Notes: generated by a model from the sequence alone, not told the origin. A stretch of 50,967 nucleotides of DNA from Planctomycetaceae bacterium (GCA_036501235.1 DASYAR010000143.1:1-50967), one strand, 5' to 3'. Numbered from the stretch's first letter, positions 22,438 through 31,537 are shown. Program-made: numbers and translations.

Positions 22438-24480
22438 ATGAAAACGTCGATCGCCTGCATTGTCGTTTTGTTTGCTCTCGCGACTTCTTGTTTCGCCGAC
22501 GGGCCGGCGGATAATCAGGCCGACAAAGTGCGGCGGGTGCCGGCTCTGGGTGTCGAGCTCTCTGAAGCGGATCGTCAGGATCTAACGCTGCAGCTCGCCG
22601 CGCTGCAATCGGCGATTGACGAATTGGCGAAGAAGAACGACCCGCGCACGCGCGAGCTGCTGCCCGACGTGCAGATCTTTCACCGGGCCGTTCGCGACGC
22701 GCTCGTCTACCGCGAGTTCTTGAAGGAGAAGGAACCGGCACTCGGGCGAGAATTCATCAAGCAAGGGCTCGAACGGGCCCGCCAGCTTGCCGCCGGCGAG
22801 GCGCCGTGGACGACACAAACCGGCCTGGTGATTCGCGGATATGTCTCGAAGATCGACGGATCGGTGCAGCCTTACGGGCTGGTCGTTCCCGATTCATTTG
22901 CAGCCCGTGGAGGACGCCGACAGAGGCTCGACATCTGGTTCCACGGACGCGGAGAAGATCTCACCGAATTGAATTTTCTGGCCGGACGCCTGAAAGACCG
23001 CGGCCCGTTCACCCCGGCCGACACGATCGTCCTGCATCCCTACGGCCGGTACTGCAACGCCTTCAAATTCGCCGGCGAAGTCGATGTGCTTGAAGCGCTG
23101 GAATCGGTCCGCAAGCGATACCCGATCGACGACGACCGCATCGCCGTGCGGGGCTTCTCGATGGGAGGCGCGGCGTGCTGGCAGTTCGCCGTCCATTACG
23201 CCGATCGCTGGGTGGGGGCGGCGCCGGGCGCCGGTTTTTCGGAAACGCCCCAGTTCCTCAAGGTGTTTCAAAAGGAAACGCTGACCCCCACGTGGTGGGA
23301 ACAGAAACTCTGGCACTGGTACGACTGCAACGACTGGGCCGTCAACCTCGTGCAATGCCCGACGGTCGCTTACAGCGGTGAGATCGATTCCCAGAAGCAG
23401 GCGGCCGACGTCATGGTCGACGCGCTCCGCAAAGAGGGGATCGAGCTGGTGCACATCATCGGCCCCAAGACGGCCCACAGTTATCATCCCGAGGCGCGCG
23501 TGGAAATCGACCGGCGGATGACAAGTATTGGCGAGCATGGTCGCGACCGCGTCCCGCGCGCCGTGCATTTCGTCACGTACACGCTCAAATACAACCGGCT
23601 GGCGTGGGTGACGGTCGACGCGCTGGGCGAACACTGGAGCGAAGCGCGCGTCGATGCGCAAATCATCGGCGACGGGGCCGTGTCGGCCAGCACGAAGAAC
23701 GTCACCGCACTGACGCTCGATATTCCCTCCGGCTGGGCGCCGTTCGACGTGACGCAACCGGTCTCGCTGACGATCGACGGCCAGGACCTGCGCGGCCCGC
23801 GTCCCGAGTCAGACAAATCGTGGACTTGCCGGCTGACCCGTGACGGAGACAAATGGCATGTCGCGACCGGTGCTCCAGACGGCTTGCGCAAGCGGCACGA
23901 TTTGCAGGGGCCGATCGACGACGCTTTCATGGATTCATTCGTGTTCGTCCGTCCTACCGGGAAAGCCACCCACGCGGCGGCCGAAAGCTGGGTGAAAGGA
24001 GAGCTCGATCGCGCGATCGAACATTGGCGCCGGCAATTTCGAGGCGAGGCGCGGGTCAAGGACGACGGGGCGATTACCGAGGCCGATATTGCCGGTGCGA
24101 ACCTCGCGCTGTGGGGCGACCCGTCGTCGAACGCCGTGCTCGCCAGAATCGCAGACAAACTGCCGATTCGCTGGGAGAGTAACGACATCGTCGTGGGTGA
24201 TCGGCGGTACGCGGCCGATCAGCACGCCCCGATCCTGATCTTCCCGAATCCGCTCAATCCGCGGCGCTACGTCGTGCTGAACAGCGGCTTCACGTTCCGC
24301 GATTACGATTATCTGAACAACGCCCGTCAGGTTGCCAAGCTTCCTGACTGGGCGATCGTCGATTTGCGGACTCCGCCCGGAAGCCGGTTCGCGGGGAAGA
24401 TCGCAGAGGCAGGGTTCTTCGGAGAAAATTGGGAGCTGAAGGCCCGGCGCGAAGTAGCCGGCGCAGCAGAAAGCAAATAA
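22438..24480 (+). CDS. Secreted alpha/beta-hydrolase (prolyl oligopeptidase/esterase-like) protein
   Basis: 680-aa ORF with a signal-peptide-like N-terminus (MKTSIACIVVLFALATSCFA) and the nucleophile elbow G-F-S-M-G-G. The large C-terminal region is unassigned. Confidence 0.6.
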   Translation: MKTSIACIVVLFALATSCFADGPADNQADKVRRVPALGVELSEADRQDLTLQLAALQSAIDELAKKNDPRTRELLPDVQIFHRAVRDALVYREFLKEKEPALGREFIKQGLERARQLAAGEAPWTTQTGLVIRGYVSKIDGSVQPYGLVVPDSFAARGGRRQRLDIWFHGRGEDLTELNFLAGRLKDRGPFTPADTIVLHPYGRYCNAFKFAGEVDVLEALESVRKRYPIDDDRIAVRGFSMGGAACWQFAVHYADRWVGAAPGAGFSETPQFLKVFQKETLTPTWWEQKLWHWYDCNDWAVNLVQCPTVAYSGEIDSQKQAADVMVDALRKEGIELVHIIGPKTAHSYHPEARVEIDRRMTSIGEHGRDRVPRAVHFVTYTLKYNRLAWVTVDALGEHWSEARVDAQIIGDGAVSASTKNVTALTLDIPSGWAPFDVTQPVSLTIDGQDLRGPRPESDKSWTCRLTRDGDKWHVATGAPDGLRKRHDLQGPIDDAFMDSFVFVRPTGKATHAAAESWVKGELDRAIEHWRRQFRGEARVKDDGAITEADIAGANLALWGDPSSNAVLARIADKLPIRWESNDIVVGDRRYAADQHAPILIFPNPLNPRRYVVLNSGFTFRDYDYLNNARQVAKLPDWAIVDLRTPPGSRFAGKIAEAGFFGENWELKARREVAGAAESK

Positions 24481-24483
24481 CGG

Positions 24484-25593
24484 ATGCGGCGCCAATCGTT
24501 ATTGTTGCTCGCGGTTTGTTTCGCCAATGGCTTCGCGCAGGGCGCGTTGATTGCAAGCGGTGCAGAGCTGGAACGCATTGTCGTCGCGGACGACAAACAC
24601 GGGTTTGTTCTCGAACAGTCCCGGCGAAAATTCGTGCCCTGGGGCTTCAACTACGATCACGACGAAGCGGGCCGCCTGATCGAAGATTATTGGGACAAGG
24701 AATGGGACAAAGTCGTCGAAGATTTCGGCGAGATGCGCGACTTGGGAGCCAACGTCGTCCGCATCCACCTGCAAGTCGGGAAGTTCCTGCGATCGGCTGA
24801 TGAGGTCGATGAACGGTCCCTCGCGAAGTTGAAAGAGTTGCTCGCGCTGGCCCAGAAAACGGGACTCTATCTCGATTTGACGGGGTTGGGCTGTTATCAC
24901 AAGGCGGACGTTCCCGCCTGGTACGACGAACTCGAGGAAGCGGCCCGATGGAATGCGCAGGTGAAGTTCTGGGAAGCCATTGCCCGGACGTGCGCCGCGA
25001 GTCCCGCCGTCTTCTGTTACGACCTGATGAACGAACCGGTCGTTCCGGGCGGACGGCGGGCGGCGAAGGACTGGCTGGGTCCGCCATTTGCCGGCAAACA
25101 TTTCGTACAGTTTATCACTCTGTCGCAGAACGATCGCCCGCGCCCGGAAATCGCCAAGGCCTGGATCCACCAACTCGCCACGGCGATCCGCGGTGTCGAT
25201 GCACGGCGCCTGGTGACGGTGGGCCTGGTCGACTGGAGCCTCGATCGGCCGGGGCTGACGAGCGGATTCGCTCCCGACAAAGTCGCCGATGATCTCGATT
25301 TTCTCTGCGTTCACCTCTATCCCCATGCGGGAAAAGTCGAGGAGGCGCTCGAGACGCTGCATGGGTTTGCCATCGGCAAGCCCGTCGTCATCGAAGAGAC
25401 TTTTCCCTTGCACGCGCCGCTGGGCGAGTTCGAGAAATTCATCGACGGCTCGACCCGCGATGCGGCGGGTTGGATCGGCTTCTACTGGGGCAAAACGCCC
25501 GCCGAATGCCGAAAATCAGGGACCATCGTCGACGCGATCGTCGCGGACTGGCTCGATTACTTTGTGCGAAAAGGCCCGGCGATCAAGAAGTAA
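24484..25593 (+). CDS. Glycoside hydrolase family 5-like (TIM-barrel) enzyme
   Basis: 369-aa ORF with a signal-like N-terminus. VVRIHL, then DLMNEP (acid/base Glu of clan GH-A) and later VVIEETF (candidate nucleophile Glu). Starts 3 nt after the upstream stop, so probably co-transcribed. Confidence 0.55.
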   Translation: MRRQSLLLLAVCFANGFAQGALIASGAELERIVVADDKHGFVLEQSRRKFVPWGFNYDHDEAGRLIEDYWDKEWDKVVEDFGEMRDLGANVVRIHLQVGKFLRSADEVDERSLAKLKELLALAQKTGLYLDLTGLGCYHKADVPAWYDELEEAARWNAQVKFWEAIARTCAASPAVFCYDLMNEPVVPGGRRAAKDWLGPPFAGKHFVQFITLSQNDRPRPEIAKAWIHQLATAIRGVDARRLVTVGLVDWSLDRPGLTSGFAPDKVADDLDFLCVHLYPHAGKVEEALETLHGFAIGKPVVIEETFPLHAPLGEFEKFIDGSTRDAAGWIGFYWGKTPAECRKSGTIVDAIVADWLDYFVRKGPAIKK

Positions 25594-25619
25594 TGGCAGG
25601 GTCGCTCGAGTCAAGTCGT

Positions 25620-25736
25620 TTAACCGCGACCCGGAGGGGAGCGCGTGTCGCGGCGCGGACGCGCGCTCCCCTCCGGTCATTCCTGACAAAGTCGGCCTGC
25701 GCCGACTTTCAGGAATGGCCTGCGGGTCGCGGTTAA
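25620..25736. repeat. 117-nt nested palindromic element (family R3) between convergent genes
   Basis: Outer arms are ttaaccgcgacccg (25620..25633) and cgggtcgcggttaa (25723..25736). They enclose a perfect 15-bp stem (25631..25645 / 25662..25676) and a ~17-bp stem (25678..25717). Confidence 0.8.
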
Positions 25737-25801
25737 TCGATGCGATTTGGCTGGACCCGGAATCGCAAAGAGCGCCGTTGCGCCACGCGAGATCGCCGTG
25801 G

Positions 25802-26866
25802 CTACTTTTTCCATAGCGTCTGCGAAACGATGAGGGCCGTGATCCCAGGAATGATCGTGAACAGCGCAAACGTCGTTGGGTTCATTCCGAATACACCCGG
25901 CGTAATTACAAACCAGTCCAGGAGGTACGACACCACGAAACTGAAGTTGATGCAGACGATTCCGGTCATGAAATCATTCTTCTGCTCTTCAGGAGTCTTC
26001 GGCCCCCGCCGTTGCTTCTTTTCCTTTTTGGCGGATTCGGCCCTCTTCGCCTTGGCGGCCGCCTTGTCTTTCCCCTTTTTGTCGGCGCCCTTGTCGCCCG
26101 CTGCGGCCTCCGCCGCAGCTTCAGCGGCCTCCTTCGCGGCTTCGCGAGCTTTTTGCGCGTCGGCCGAGTAATGTTTGGCGATCGACTGATGAATCGCCTG
26201 CGGCGCCGCCAGCACGCTGCGCACGGGCTTACTGAACCGCAGCCGCAACTCGTCTTCCAATTCGTGGCTGATGTGATTGACGCAGGCGATCAACATCACG
26301 TTCTCGTCGATGAACAGCGGCAAGATCGAATGCTGCTTGGCCGTCGCTTTGGGGACCTGGTCGAGCACGTCGTCTTCGGGAAAGGTTTCGGTGAGGTCGA
26401 CGTACGGCAGACCCAATTCCTGGGCCAAGGCCTGGGTGGCAATTTCTGCCGAGACCATATTCAACTGGACGAACGCGTCGCGGAGGTCGAGACCGGCGCG
26501 CTCGGCGTGGTCGCGGGCTTCCTGGGCCTGGTCGGAGCTGACGTGCTTCTGATCAATCAGAATCACATCCATCGTGCGGGGGCCGGTCGCGTCTTCTTCG
26601 AACTCGCGCCCCTGGCTGACGTCGTACTCGCGCTTGCGCTCGAGATCGGTCAGGCACAACATCACCTTGGCCAGCTCGTTCAGCAGGGCCTGCGATTCTT
26701 CGAGATACTGGCCGGTGGCGTATTTTCGGACGTGCCCGTTCAGTTTCTTGTAGTTCGCGCGGATCTTGTCGATCGAATCTTCGAACTGTTTCAGACGCAG
26801 CAATTGGTAGTGGTCGGGGGGCCGGGGGCCGTCGGGGATCCCCAGCCATTCCTTATAGACGTCCAA
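25802..26866 (-). CDS. Membrane-anchored J-like domain / T2SSE_N (GspE N-terminal-like) domain protein
   Basis: - aa 1-82 are J-domain-like (DHYQLLRL...IRANYKKL...LTDLERKREYD), but the HPD position reads H-V-R.
- aa ~95-225 resemble the GspE/MshE N-terminal domain (...LAQELGLPYVDL...ILPLFIDENVMLIAC...).
- aa ~235-295 are a Lys/Ala/Glu-rich linker.
- aa ~300-350 form two hydrophobic helices.
- The start lies 21 nt downstream of the Hsp70 stop. Confidence 0.6.
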   Translation of the reverse strand: MDVYKEWLGIPDGPRPPDHYQLLRLKQFEDSIDKIRANYKKLNGHVRKYATGQYLEESQALLNELAKVMLCLTDLERKREYDVSQGREFEEDATGPRTMDVILIDQKHVSSDQAQEARDHAERAGLDLRDAFVQLNMVSAEIATQALAQELGLPYVDLTETFPEDDVLDQVPKATAKQHSILPLFIDENVMLIACVNHISHELEDELRLRFSKPVRSVLAAPQAIHQSIAKHYSADAQKAREAAKEAAEAAAEAAAGDKGADKKGKDKAAAKAKRAESAKKEKKQRRGPKTPEEQKNDFMTGIVCINFSFVVSYLLDWFVITPGVFGMNPTTFALFTIIPGITALIVSQTLWKK

Positions 26867-26887
26867 GCGGCCTCTCTCCTCGCTATG

Positions 26888-28465
26888 CTATTCCACCTGA
26901 TAGTCGCGAGCCAATTGCTCGAAGGCTTCCAGCCCCGTGTCGCTGACGCCGCCGTCGCGGACGATCTCGGCCGACGCCTCGCGATTCCCCGTCAATTCCC
27001 TGGCGTCCGCCCGAATCCGGCCGTCGGCGTCGTAGCTGTATGTCAGCTCGACCGGCGATCCCTTGGGCAAATTGCCCGGCAGATTCGTGATATGAAAATC
27101 GCCGATGATGGTACAGGCCGCGACGTCGGCGACTTCTCCTTGCAGCAGCCGCACGCGGATCCGTTGCTGGTTCGGCACGTTCGTCTGGAACCGCTGGCTG
27201 ATCTTATGGGGAATCGGCGTGTTCCGCGGAATCATGATGTGGTTCGATTTCTTGATCCGATCCACAGTGTCGGTGATCTCGACTCCCAGCGAGTGCGAAT
27301 TGACGTCGGTCGCCGTCACGTTGCGGAGCCGCTTGATCACGGCTTGCGCCATGCGGCTGTCGCCTCCGGATTCCCGGGCTTCGAGAATGGCCGCATGGAT
27401 CGCGGCGCCCTGCGCCACGGCCTCGTCCGGATCGAGTTCGCGCGAAGGCGCGCGGCGGCTGACGGACTTCAGCATGTCGAACACGGCAGGCATGTGCGTC
27501 GAACCGCCGACCAGCACGACTTCGTCGAGCCCGTCGACTTCGACTCCCGACTGCTGGAGCACGAGCTCAGTCGTATCTCGCGTTCGCTGCAGCAGGTCAC
27601 CCGTCATCCGTTCGAAGTCGCCGCGCGTGACCGCCACCGTCAACGTCTTGCCTTCGAAATACAGGTTGACGGGGGTCTGCGCCTTCGACGACAGTTTTCG
27701 CTTGGCGTCCTCGCATTCCTGAGTGAATTGCAGGCGCGTTTCCCCATGGGCCAGCGGGTCGCTGCCGAATTTGCGGCGGAACTGCTCGGCCACGTGCTCG
27801 ACGATGCGGTTCGTCCAGTCGATGCCCCCCAGCATTACGTCGCCGTCGGTCGCCAGCACGCGGAAGTGCGTGGGCGTGTAGCGGACGACCGTCACGTCGA
27901 AGGTACCACCCCCCAGGTCGTAAACCATGATGGTCTTTTCGATCTTGCCGCCGTCGGACCGCCCGAGCTCTCCCTTCATCCAGGCGTAGGCCAGCGTCGC
28001 CGCCGTCGGTTCGTTGACGATGTCGATCACGTTCAGCCCGGCGATGCGCCCGGAGTCCTGAGTCGCCTTGCGGCGCAAGTCGTTGAAGTAATACGGTACC
28101 GTAACGACTGCATTGACGATCGGTCCCACCGTCGCTTCAGCGTCCTGCTTGAGCTTTTTCAAAATGAGGGCCGAAATGAATTCCGGCGTCAGCTTCTTGC
28201 CCTGATAGACCTTACTCCAGGTCTTGCTCCCCATCTGCCGTTTGATCGCCTCGACGATATTGTCGGGCGACTCGACCGAGATGCGTTCGGGGGACGGCCC
28301 CACGACGACGTGGCCCGACTCTCCCAGCAGCACGACCGACGGCGTGGTCGTTTTTCCGTCGGCGTTCTTCAGCGAGATCGGACTCCCGTTGGCGTCGAGT
28401 TGTGCCAGGGACGAATAGGTGGTTCCCAGGTCGATGCCGACCGTGTTCCCTTCCAATAATTTCAT
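26888..28465 (-). CDS. Atypical Hsp70 family protein lacking the C-terminal helical lid
   Basis: Actin-fold ATPase motifs GIDLGTTYS, DLGGGTFDV and VLVGGSTHMP, followed by a beta-sandwich substrate-binding-like region. The protein ends at ~525 aa. Preferred start is ATG 28465 (MKLLEGNTVGIDLGTT); the track ORF extends to 28627. Confidence 0.85.
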   Translation of the reverse strand: MKLLEGNTVGIDLGTTYSSLAQLDANGSPISLKNADGKTTTPSVVLLGESGHVVVGPSPERISVESPDNIVEAIKRQMGSKTWSKVYQGKKLTPEFISALILKKLKQDAEATVGPIVNAVVTVPYYFNDLRRKATQDSGRIAGLNVIDIVNEPTAATLAYAWMKGELGRSDGGKIEKTIMVYDLGGGTFDVTVVRYTPTHFRVLATDGDVMLGGIDWTNRIVEHVAEQFRRKFGSDPLAHGETRLQFTQECEDAKRKLSSKAQTPVNLYFEGKTLTVAVTRGDFERMTGDLLQRTRDTTELVLQQSGVEVDGLDEVVLVGGSTHMPAVFDMLKSVSRRAPSRELDPDEAVAQGAAIHAAILEARESGGDSRMAQAVIKRLRNVTATDVNSHSLGVEITDTVDRIKKSNHIMIPRNTPIPHKISQRFQTNVPNQQRIRVRLLQGEVADVAACTIIGDFHITNLPGNLPKGSPVELTYSYDADGRIRADARELTGNREASAEIVRDGGVSDTGLEAFEQLARDYQVE

Positions 28466-28696
28466 TGTACCGCCTTGAAGCTCGTCATGAGTTGATGAAA
28501 TGAACCGCCGACCCGCACCACGAACAGGCTTGTCGAGACGACCCGCCTGCGGAAACGATTGCAATTCACGTCGCTGCGATACGCTTCGATCCAGCGCCAA
28601 AGACCCAGCCAACGATTGCTGCGGCATCCCGCCGCATTCAGAGATTCTTCATTCTGACGGTGGTCCAGCCCAGAATCAAGTGACGCGTGCCGCGCA

Positions 28697-29134
28697 TCAC
28701 GATCCCTTCACATTCACCAAATCGTCAGGGGCCGGCGGCGATCCGGCCGTCGTTCTTCGCGGCGGCGCCAGCAGAAACGTCGCCACGACGATGAGGCCGA
28801 ATGCCGCATAAATCAGAGTGAATACCCAGGGGGGCGCATCGAAAAACAGCAATTCGTGCACCCAATGCCCGATAAAGTCGCCGGTGTAGGCTGCGTGACC
28901 GCTATGGCTGCGGAGCCAGGTTTCGAGCGTCGTCAAAGGACAGACGATTCCCAACAGCGCTTCGACGACGACGACCGAGATCGCCGTCAGGTGCAGCCAA
29001 CGGAACCACGGATTCCGAATCCAGCCCCAGCGGCGCAGGATGCCGACCAGCACCCCCAGTTGCCCGACGACAACGAACGCCACATATCCCGCATGCAGCA
29101 CGACGACGAGGTCGGCGACCAGTTTGTACGGCAT
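28697..29134 (-). CDS. DUF2784 family small membrane protein
   Basis: Hydrophobic ~145-aa protein with CPLTTLETWLR, recalled as the DUF2784 core. Preferred start is MPYKLVADL at 29134. Confidence 0.55.
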   Translation of the reverse strand: MPYKLVADLVVVLHAGYVAFVVVGQLGVLVGILRRWGWIRNPWFRWLHLTAISVVVVEALLGIVCPLTTLETWLRSHSGHAAYTGDFIGHWVHELLFFDAPPWVFTLIYAAFGLIVVATFLLAPPRRTTAGSPPAPDDLVNVKGS

Positions 29135-29372
29135 GGGCGAATTCTCCCGTCCAGCAAGATTGATGATATGCATCCAGATGCGATGCGCCGAGACGTTCGT
29201 TTATTCCTCCGCCAGCGCTGACTTAAAGCGATTTGGGTCGATGGAAACCAATCCCCTGACACGTCCCTCCTCCAATTCGCATCGACAGGCTGGGCTTTGG
29301 CCGGTACGATCCCGCCTGATTTCGAGATCGCCTGACTGTCAAGGGGGCTGGTGGGCAGGGGCCGGAGCGGGC

Positions 29373-30050
29373 ATGGAAACAGCGCTGCATCGAGAACTGA
29401 AGGAATTCTATTGTGACGACGCGGCGGCGCGCGAAGTTACGGTGCGCGGATATCGCATCGACGCGATCGTCGACGGCACATTGATCGAGATTCAGCAGGC
29501 GTCGCTGGCGGCCCTGCGGAGCAAAACGAAATCGCTGCTGGAAACGCACCGGGTGACGATCGTCAAACCGCTGTGTGCACTCAAAACGATCATCCGGCTC
29601 AAGCGCCGGCGGGGGCCGATCGCCTGGAAGCGCACCAGCCCGCGCCACGAGACGGTGCACCACGTGTTTCATGAGCTCGTGCATTTCGTCGATGTGTTCC
29701 CGCACCCGAAACTCGTCCTGGAAGTGCTGCTTACCGAGCAGGAAGAAACACGGATCCCCAAGGGCAAGCGCTGGTTTCGGGCGAAGGACTTTACCGTAGC
29801 CGACCGGCGGCTGGTCGCCGTGCGCAGCCGGCAAACATTTCAAACGCCGGCCGACCTGTGCGGGTTATTGCCCGCAGGCCTCGACGAAACATTCACGACG
29901 GCCGATATCGCGCGCCTCGCGCACATCCCGCGCTGGCTGGCCCAGAAGATGGCGTACTGCCTGAGGCGCACCGGAGGGATCAGCATTACCGGCAAGCGCC
30001 GCAACGCTGTCGTCTATACGCTGGCTCCGGCGGGTCGCGCCGCGGCGTGA
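29373..30050 (+). CDS. Hypothetical protein, CoiA-like PD-(D/E)xK nuclease-fold N-terminus with C-terminal wHTH-like region
   Basis: ATG 29373 (METALHRELKEFY...). The pattern H-x3-K ... E-V ... R-I-D-A-I-V ... I-E-I-Q-x-A-S resembles the CoiA/restriction-endonuclease-like D...E-x-Q/K core. The function is weakly supported. Confidence 0.4.
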   Translation: METALHRELKEFYCDDAAAREVTVRGYRIDAIVDGTLIEIQQASLAALRSKTKSLLETHRVTIVKPLCALKTIIRLKRRRGPIAWKRTSPRHETVHHVFHELVHFVDVFPHPKLVLEVLLTEQEETRIPKGKRWFRAKDFTVADRRLVAVRSRQTFQTPADLCGLLPAGLDETFTTADIARLAHIPRWLAQKMAYCLRRTGGISITGKRRNAVVYTLAPAGRAAA

Positions 30051-30114
30051 ACAGTCGAGCGTAGAATCGCGCTCGCCACGAAACGGTTGACTACGAGTAC
30101 ACGCCGAACAACGT

Positions 30115-30501
30115 CTATTTGAATTGTTCCAAATGAACGATGTTACTCGCCATTTCGTCCGCCGAAAGGTGATTGATCAGTCGCAGTATTCGTTGCCGCA
30201 GCAGACTGTATTCACGACTGCCGAGCTGCCTGGAAACAATGATCCCAGAATGCTTCCGGCTCGCGGCTTGCCACCGGTCGGGCAGCGGTGCGAAATCGCG
30301 GATGTTGAATGTGACAATGGCCCGCTTTGCAGCCGCGGCAAAGGCGAGTTGCTCTTCGTCAGAAGCCGTGTCATTTCCTGATTCTTCGGTGGTCAGGACA
30401 TCAAAACCGCAACCACGCAAATCAACGGCCAAGCGGGCCATCACATGTCTGTCGAAGTACAGTTTAACGAAGAGCGATTCAACTTCGCGGGAATCGGGCA
30501 T
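30115..30501 (-). CDS. DUF5615 (PIN-like) putative toxin
   Basis: 128-aa ORF. LYFDRHV...LAVDLRGCGFDVLT...SDEEQLAFAAAAKRAIVTFNIRDF matches the recalled DUF5615/Mut7-C-like pattern. Overlaps the upstream DUF433 gene by 23 nt. Confidence 0.65.
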   Translation of the reverse strand: MPDSREVESLFVKLYFDRHVMARLAVDLRGCGFDVLTTEESGNDTASDEEQLAFAAAAKRAIVTFNIRDFAPLPDRWQAASRKHSGIIVSRQLGSREYSLLRQRILRLINHLSADEMASNIVHLEQFK

Positions 30502-30751
30502 GGGCCAGCTCTTCTTGGGCGATCAGCGTCACGATTTCCTCACGGTGGTCGAAGAAATAGCTGAGGGCATGAAAAACCTGGGCCTCACTAAGACCGAGCG
30601 CCCCTGCAATATCGAGAATCGTTTCGCCATGCTGATGCAGTGTGACGACGTGGCGCACAGTCACACGGAGTCCCTCGATCACCGGTTCGCCTCCGCAGAC
30701 GCCTTCCAGGCGAACGATGTGCGGGTGTTCGATTTTCACCGCATCAGACAT
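30479..30751 (-). CDS. DUF433 putative antitoxin
   Basis: 90-aa ORF. GGEPVIEGLRVTVRHVVTLHQHGETILDIAGALGLSEAQVFHALSYF matches the DUF433 pattern, which is usually paired with DUF5615. Confidence 0.7.
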   Translation of the reverse strand: MSDAVKIEHPHIVRLEGVCGGEPVIEGLRVTVRHVVTLHQHGETILDIAGALGLSEAQVFHALSYFFDHREEIVTLIAQEELAHARFPRS

Positions 30752-30934
30752 TGTGAATCCTCAGTGTTGCGCTCTCGGAAATCCCAAGACATTCACAGGA
30801 CATCCACGTTAATCAGCTTATCAGATGACTGCCGACCGGGAAAGCCCGTGGGAACAGGGGCTGCCGGGGTTCCCTTACGGAAATTTAATGCGATTGAACT
30901 CGCTCTCATCTTCGGTAATGGGTTTGATTTCGGC

Positions 30935-31537
30935 ATGGACAAAGCCGCGCATCAACCGAGCAGGGCGGGCGACGATCGGTCTGGCGTATTTGCCGGAACC
31001 GGCGCCGCGGCTCTCGTACTGCGAGAAGGATTTCTGTTCACGAGCGGCTATGCCAGCCATCTTGCCGAGCAGTACGGGCTCAAAGTCTTCGCGGCGTCGA
31101 ACGAGACTGCCGCGCGTCGGCATCTCGAGACCCATCCCGAAATCGTCTTCATGCTTGCCGACAATCGGTTTCCGGATATGCAGGGGGTCGAGCGCGACGG
31201 CCGCGGGTTGGCGCTGGCAGAAGAATACGGAATTCCGACGATCCTGGTGACCGGGGGCCCTGTCTATTCCGACAACAACCCGTTGGTGAAATGCGTCTTG
31301 GCGATCAACTGGACAGCGCTCGAAGCGGCGACCCGCTGGGTTGTGGGCGTCGTGCTCCAGCAGGCGGTCTCTGAGAACGATGAACAGTGCCTGGCCGTAT
31401 CCCAGTTACGCATGCAGCGAGCGTCGATCGAATTGTATCGAGAGCTCGCCCGCGAATTGCCGACTCCGCCGGGGTTTCAAAAGTATGAAGCAGTTGACGA
31501 GCGATATGTGCGCGATTTGCGAAGCCGGCTGACTTAG
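30935..31537 (+). CDS. Hypothetical protein with degenerate CheY-like receiver topology
   Basis: This is the 3' part of track ORF 30173..31537; the 5' part is antisense to the TA pair. The alternating beta/alpha pattern ...VFAASNETAARRHLETHPEIVFMLADNRFPDMQG...IPTILVTGGP resembles a receiver domain lacking the N-terminal acidic pair. The start codon is uncertain. Confidence 0.35.
   Translation: MDKAAHQPSRAGDDRSGVFAGTGAAALVLREGFLFTSGYASHLAEQYGLKVFAASNETAARRHLETHPEIVFMLADNRFPDMQGVERDGRGLALAEEYGIPTILVTGGPVYSDNNPLVKCVLAINWTALEAATRWVVGVVLQQAVSENDEQCLAVSQLRMQRASIELYRELARELPTPPGFQKYEAVDERYVRDLRSRLT

Noticed and set aside
26222-26584. Possibility that the T2SSE_N-like domain is a c-di-GMP-binding MshEN domain.
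   Set aside because: The tandem 24-residue RLGxx(L/V/I)(L/V/I)xxG(L/V/I/F)(L/V/I)xxxxLxxxLxxQ motif, as I recall it, does not align convincingly with RTMDVILIDQKHVSSDQAQEARDHA. This would need a profile comparison or a binding assay.
26012-28459. 815-aa ORF on the plus strand, plus many other long ORFs antisense to confident genes: 174..1262, 1851..2801, 3333..4229, 13031..14923, 17216..18592, 33195..34631, 33551..35344, 37521..38567, 39287..40303, 42918..43949, 43999..44991, 46157..47107 and 24499..25413.
   Set aside because: Their translations are Arg/Gly/Pro/Ala-rich and lack recognisable motifs. Each lies opposite a gene with clear family signatures. Long shadow ORFs are expected in GC-rich DNA because stop codons are rare.
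30173-30934. 5' two-thirds of the 454-aa track ORF 30173..31537.
   Set aside because: This part runs antisense through the DUF5615 and DUF433 genes and reads as low-complexity junk. Only the 3' portion, from about 30935, has plausible protein character.
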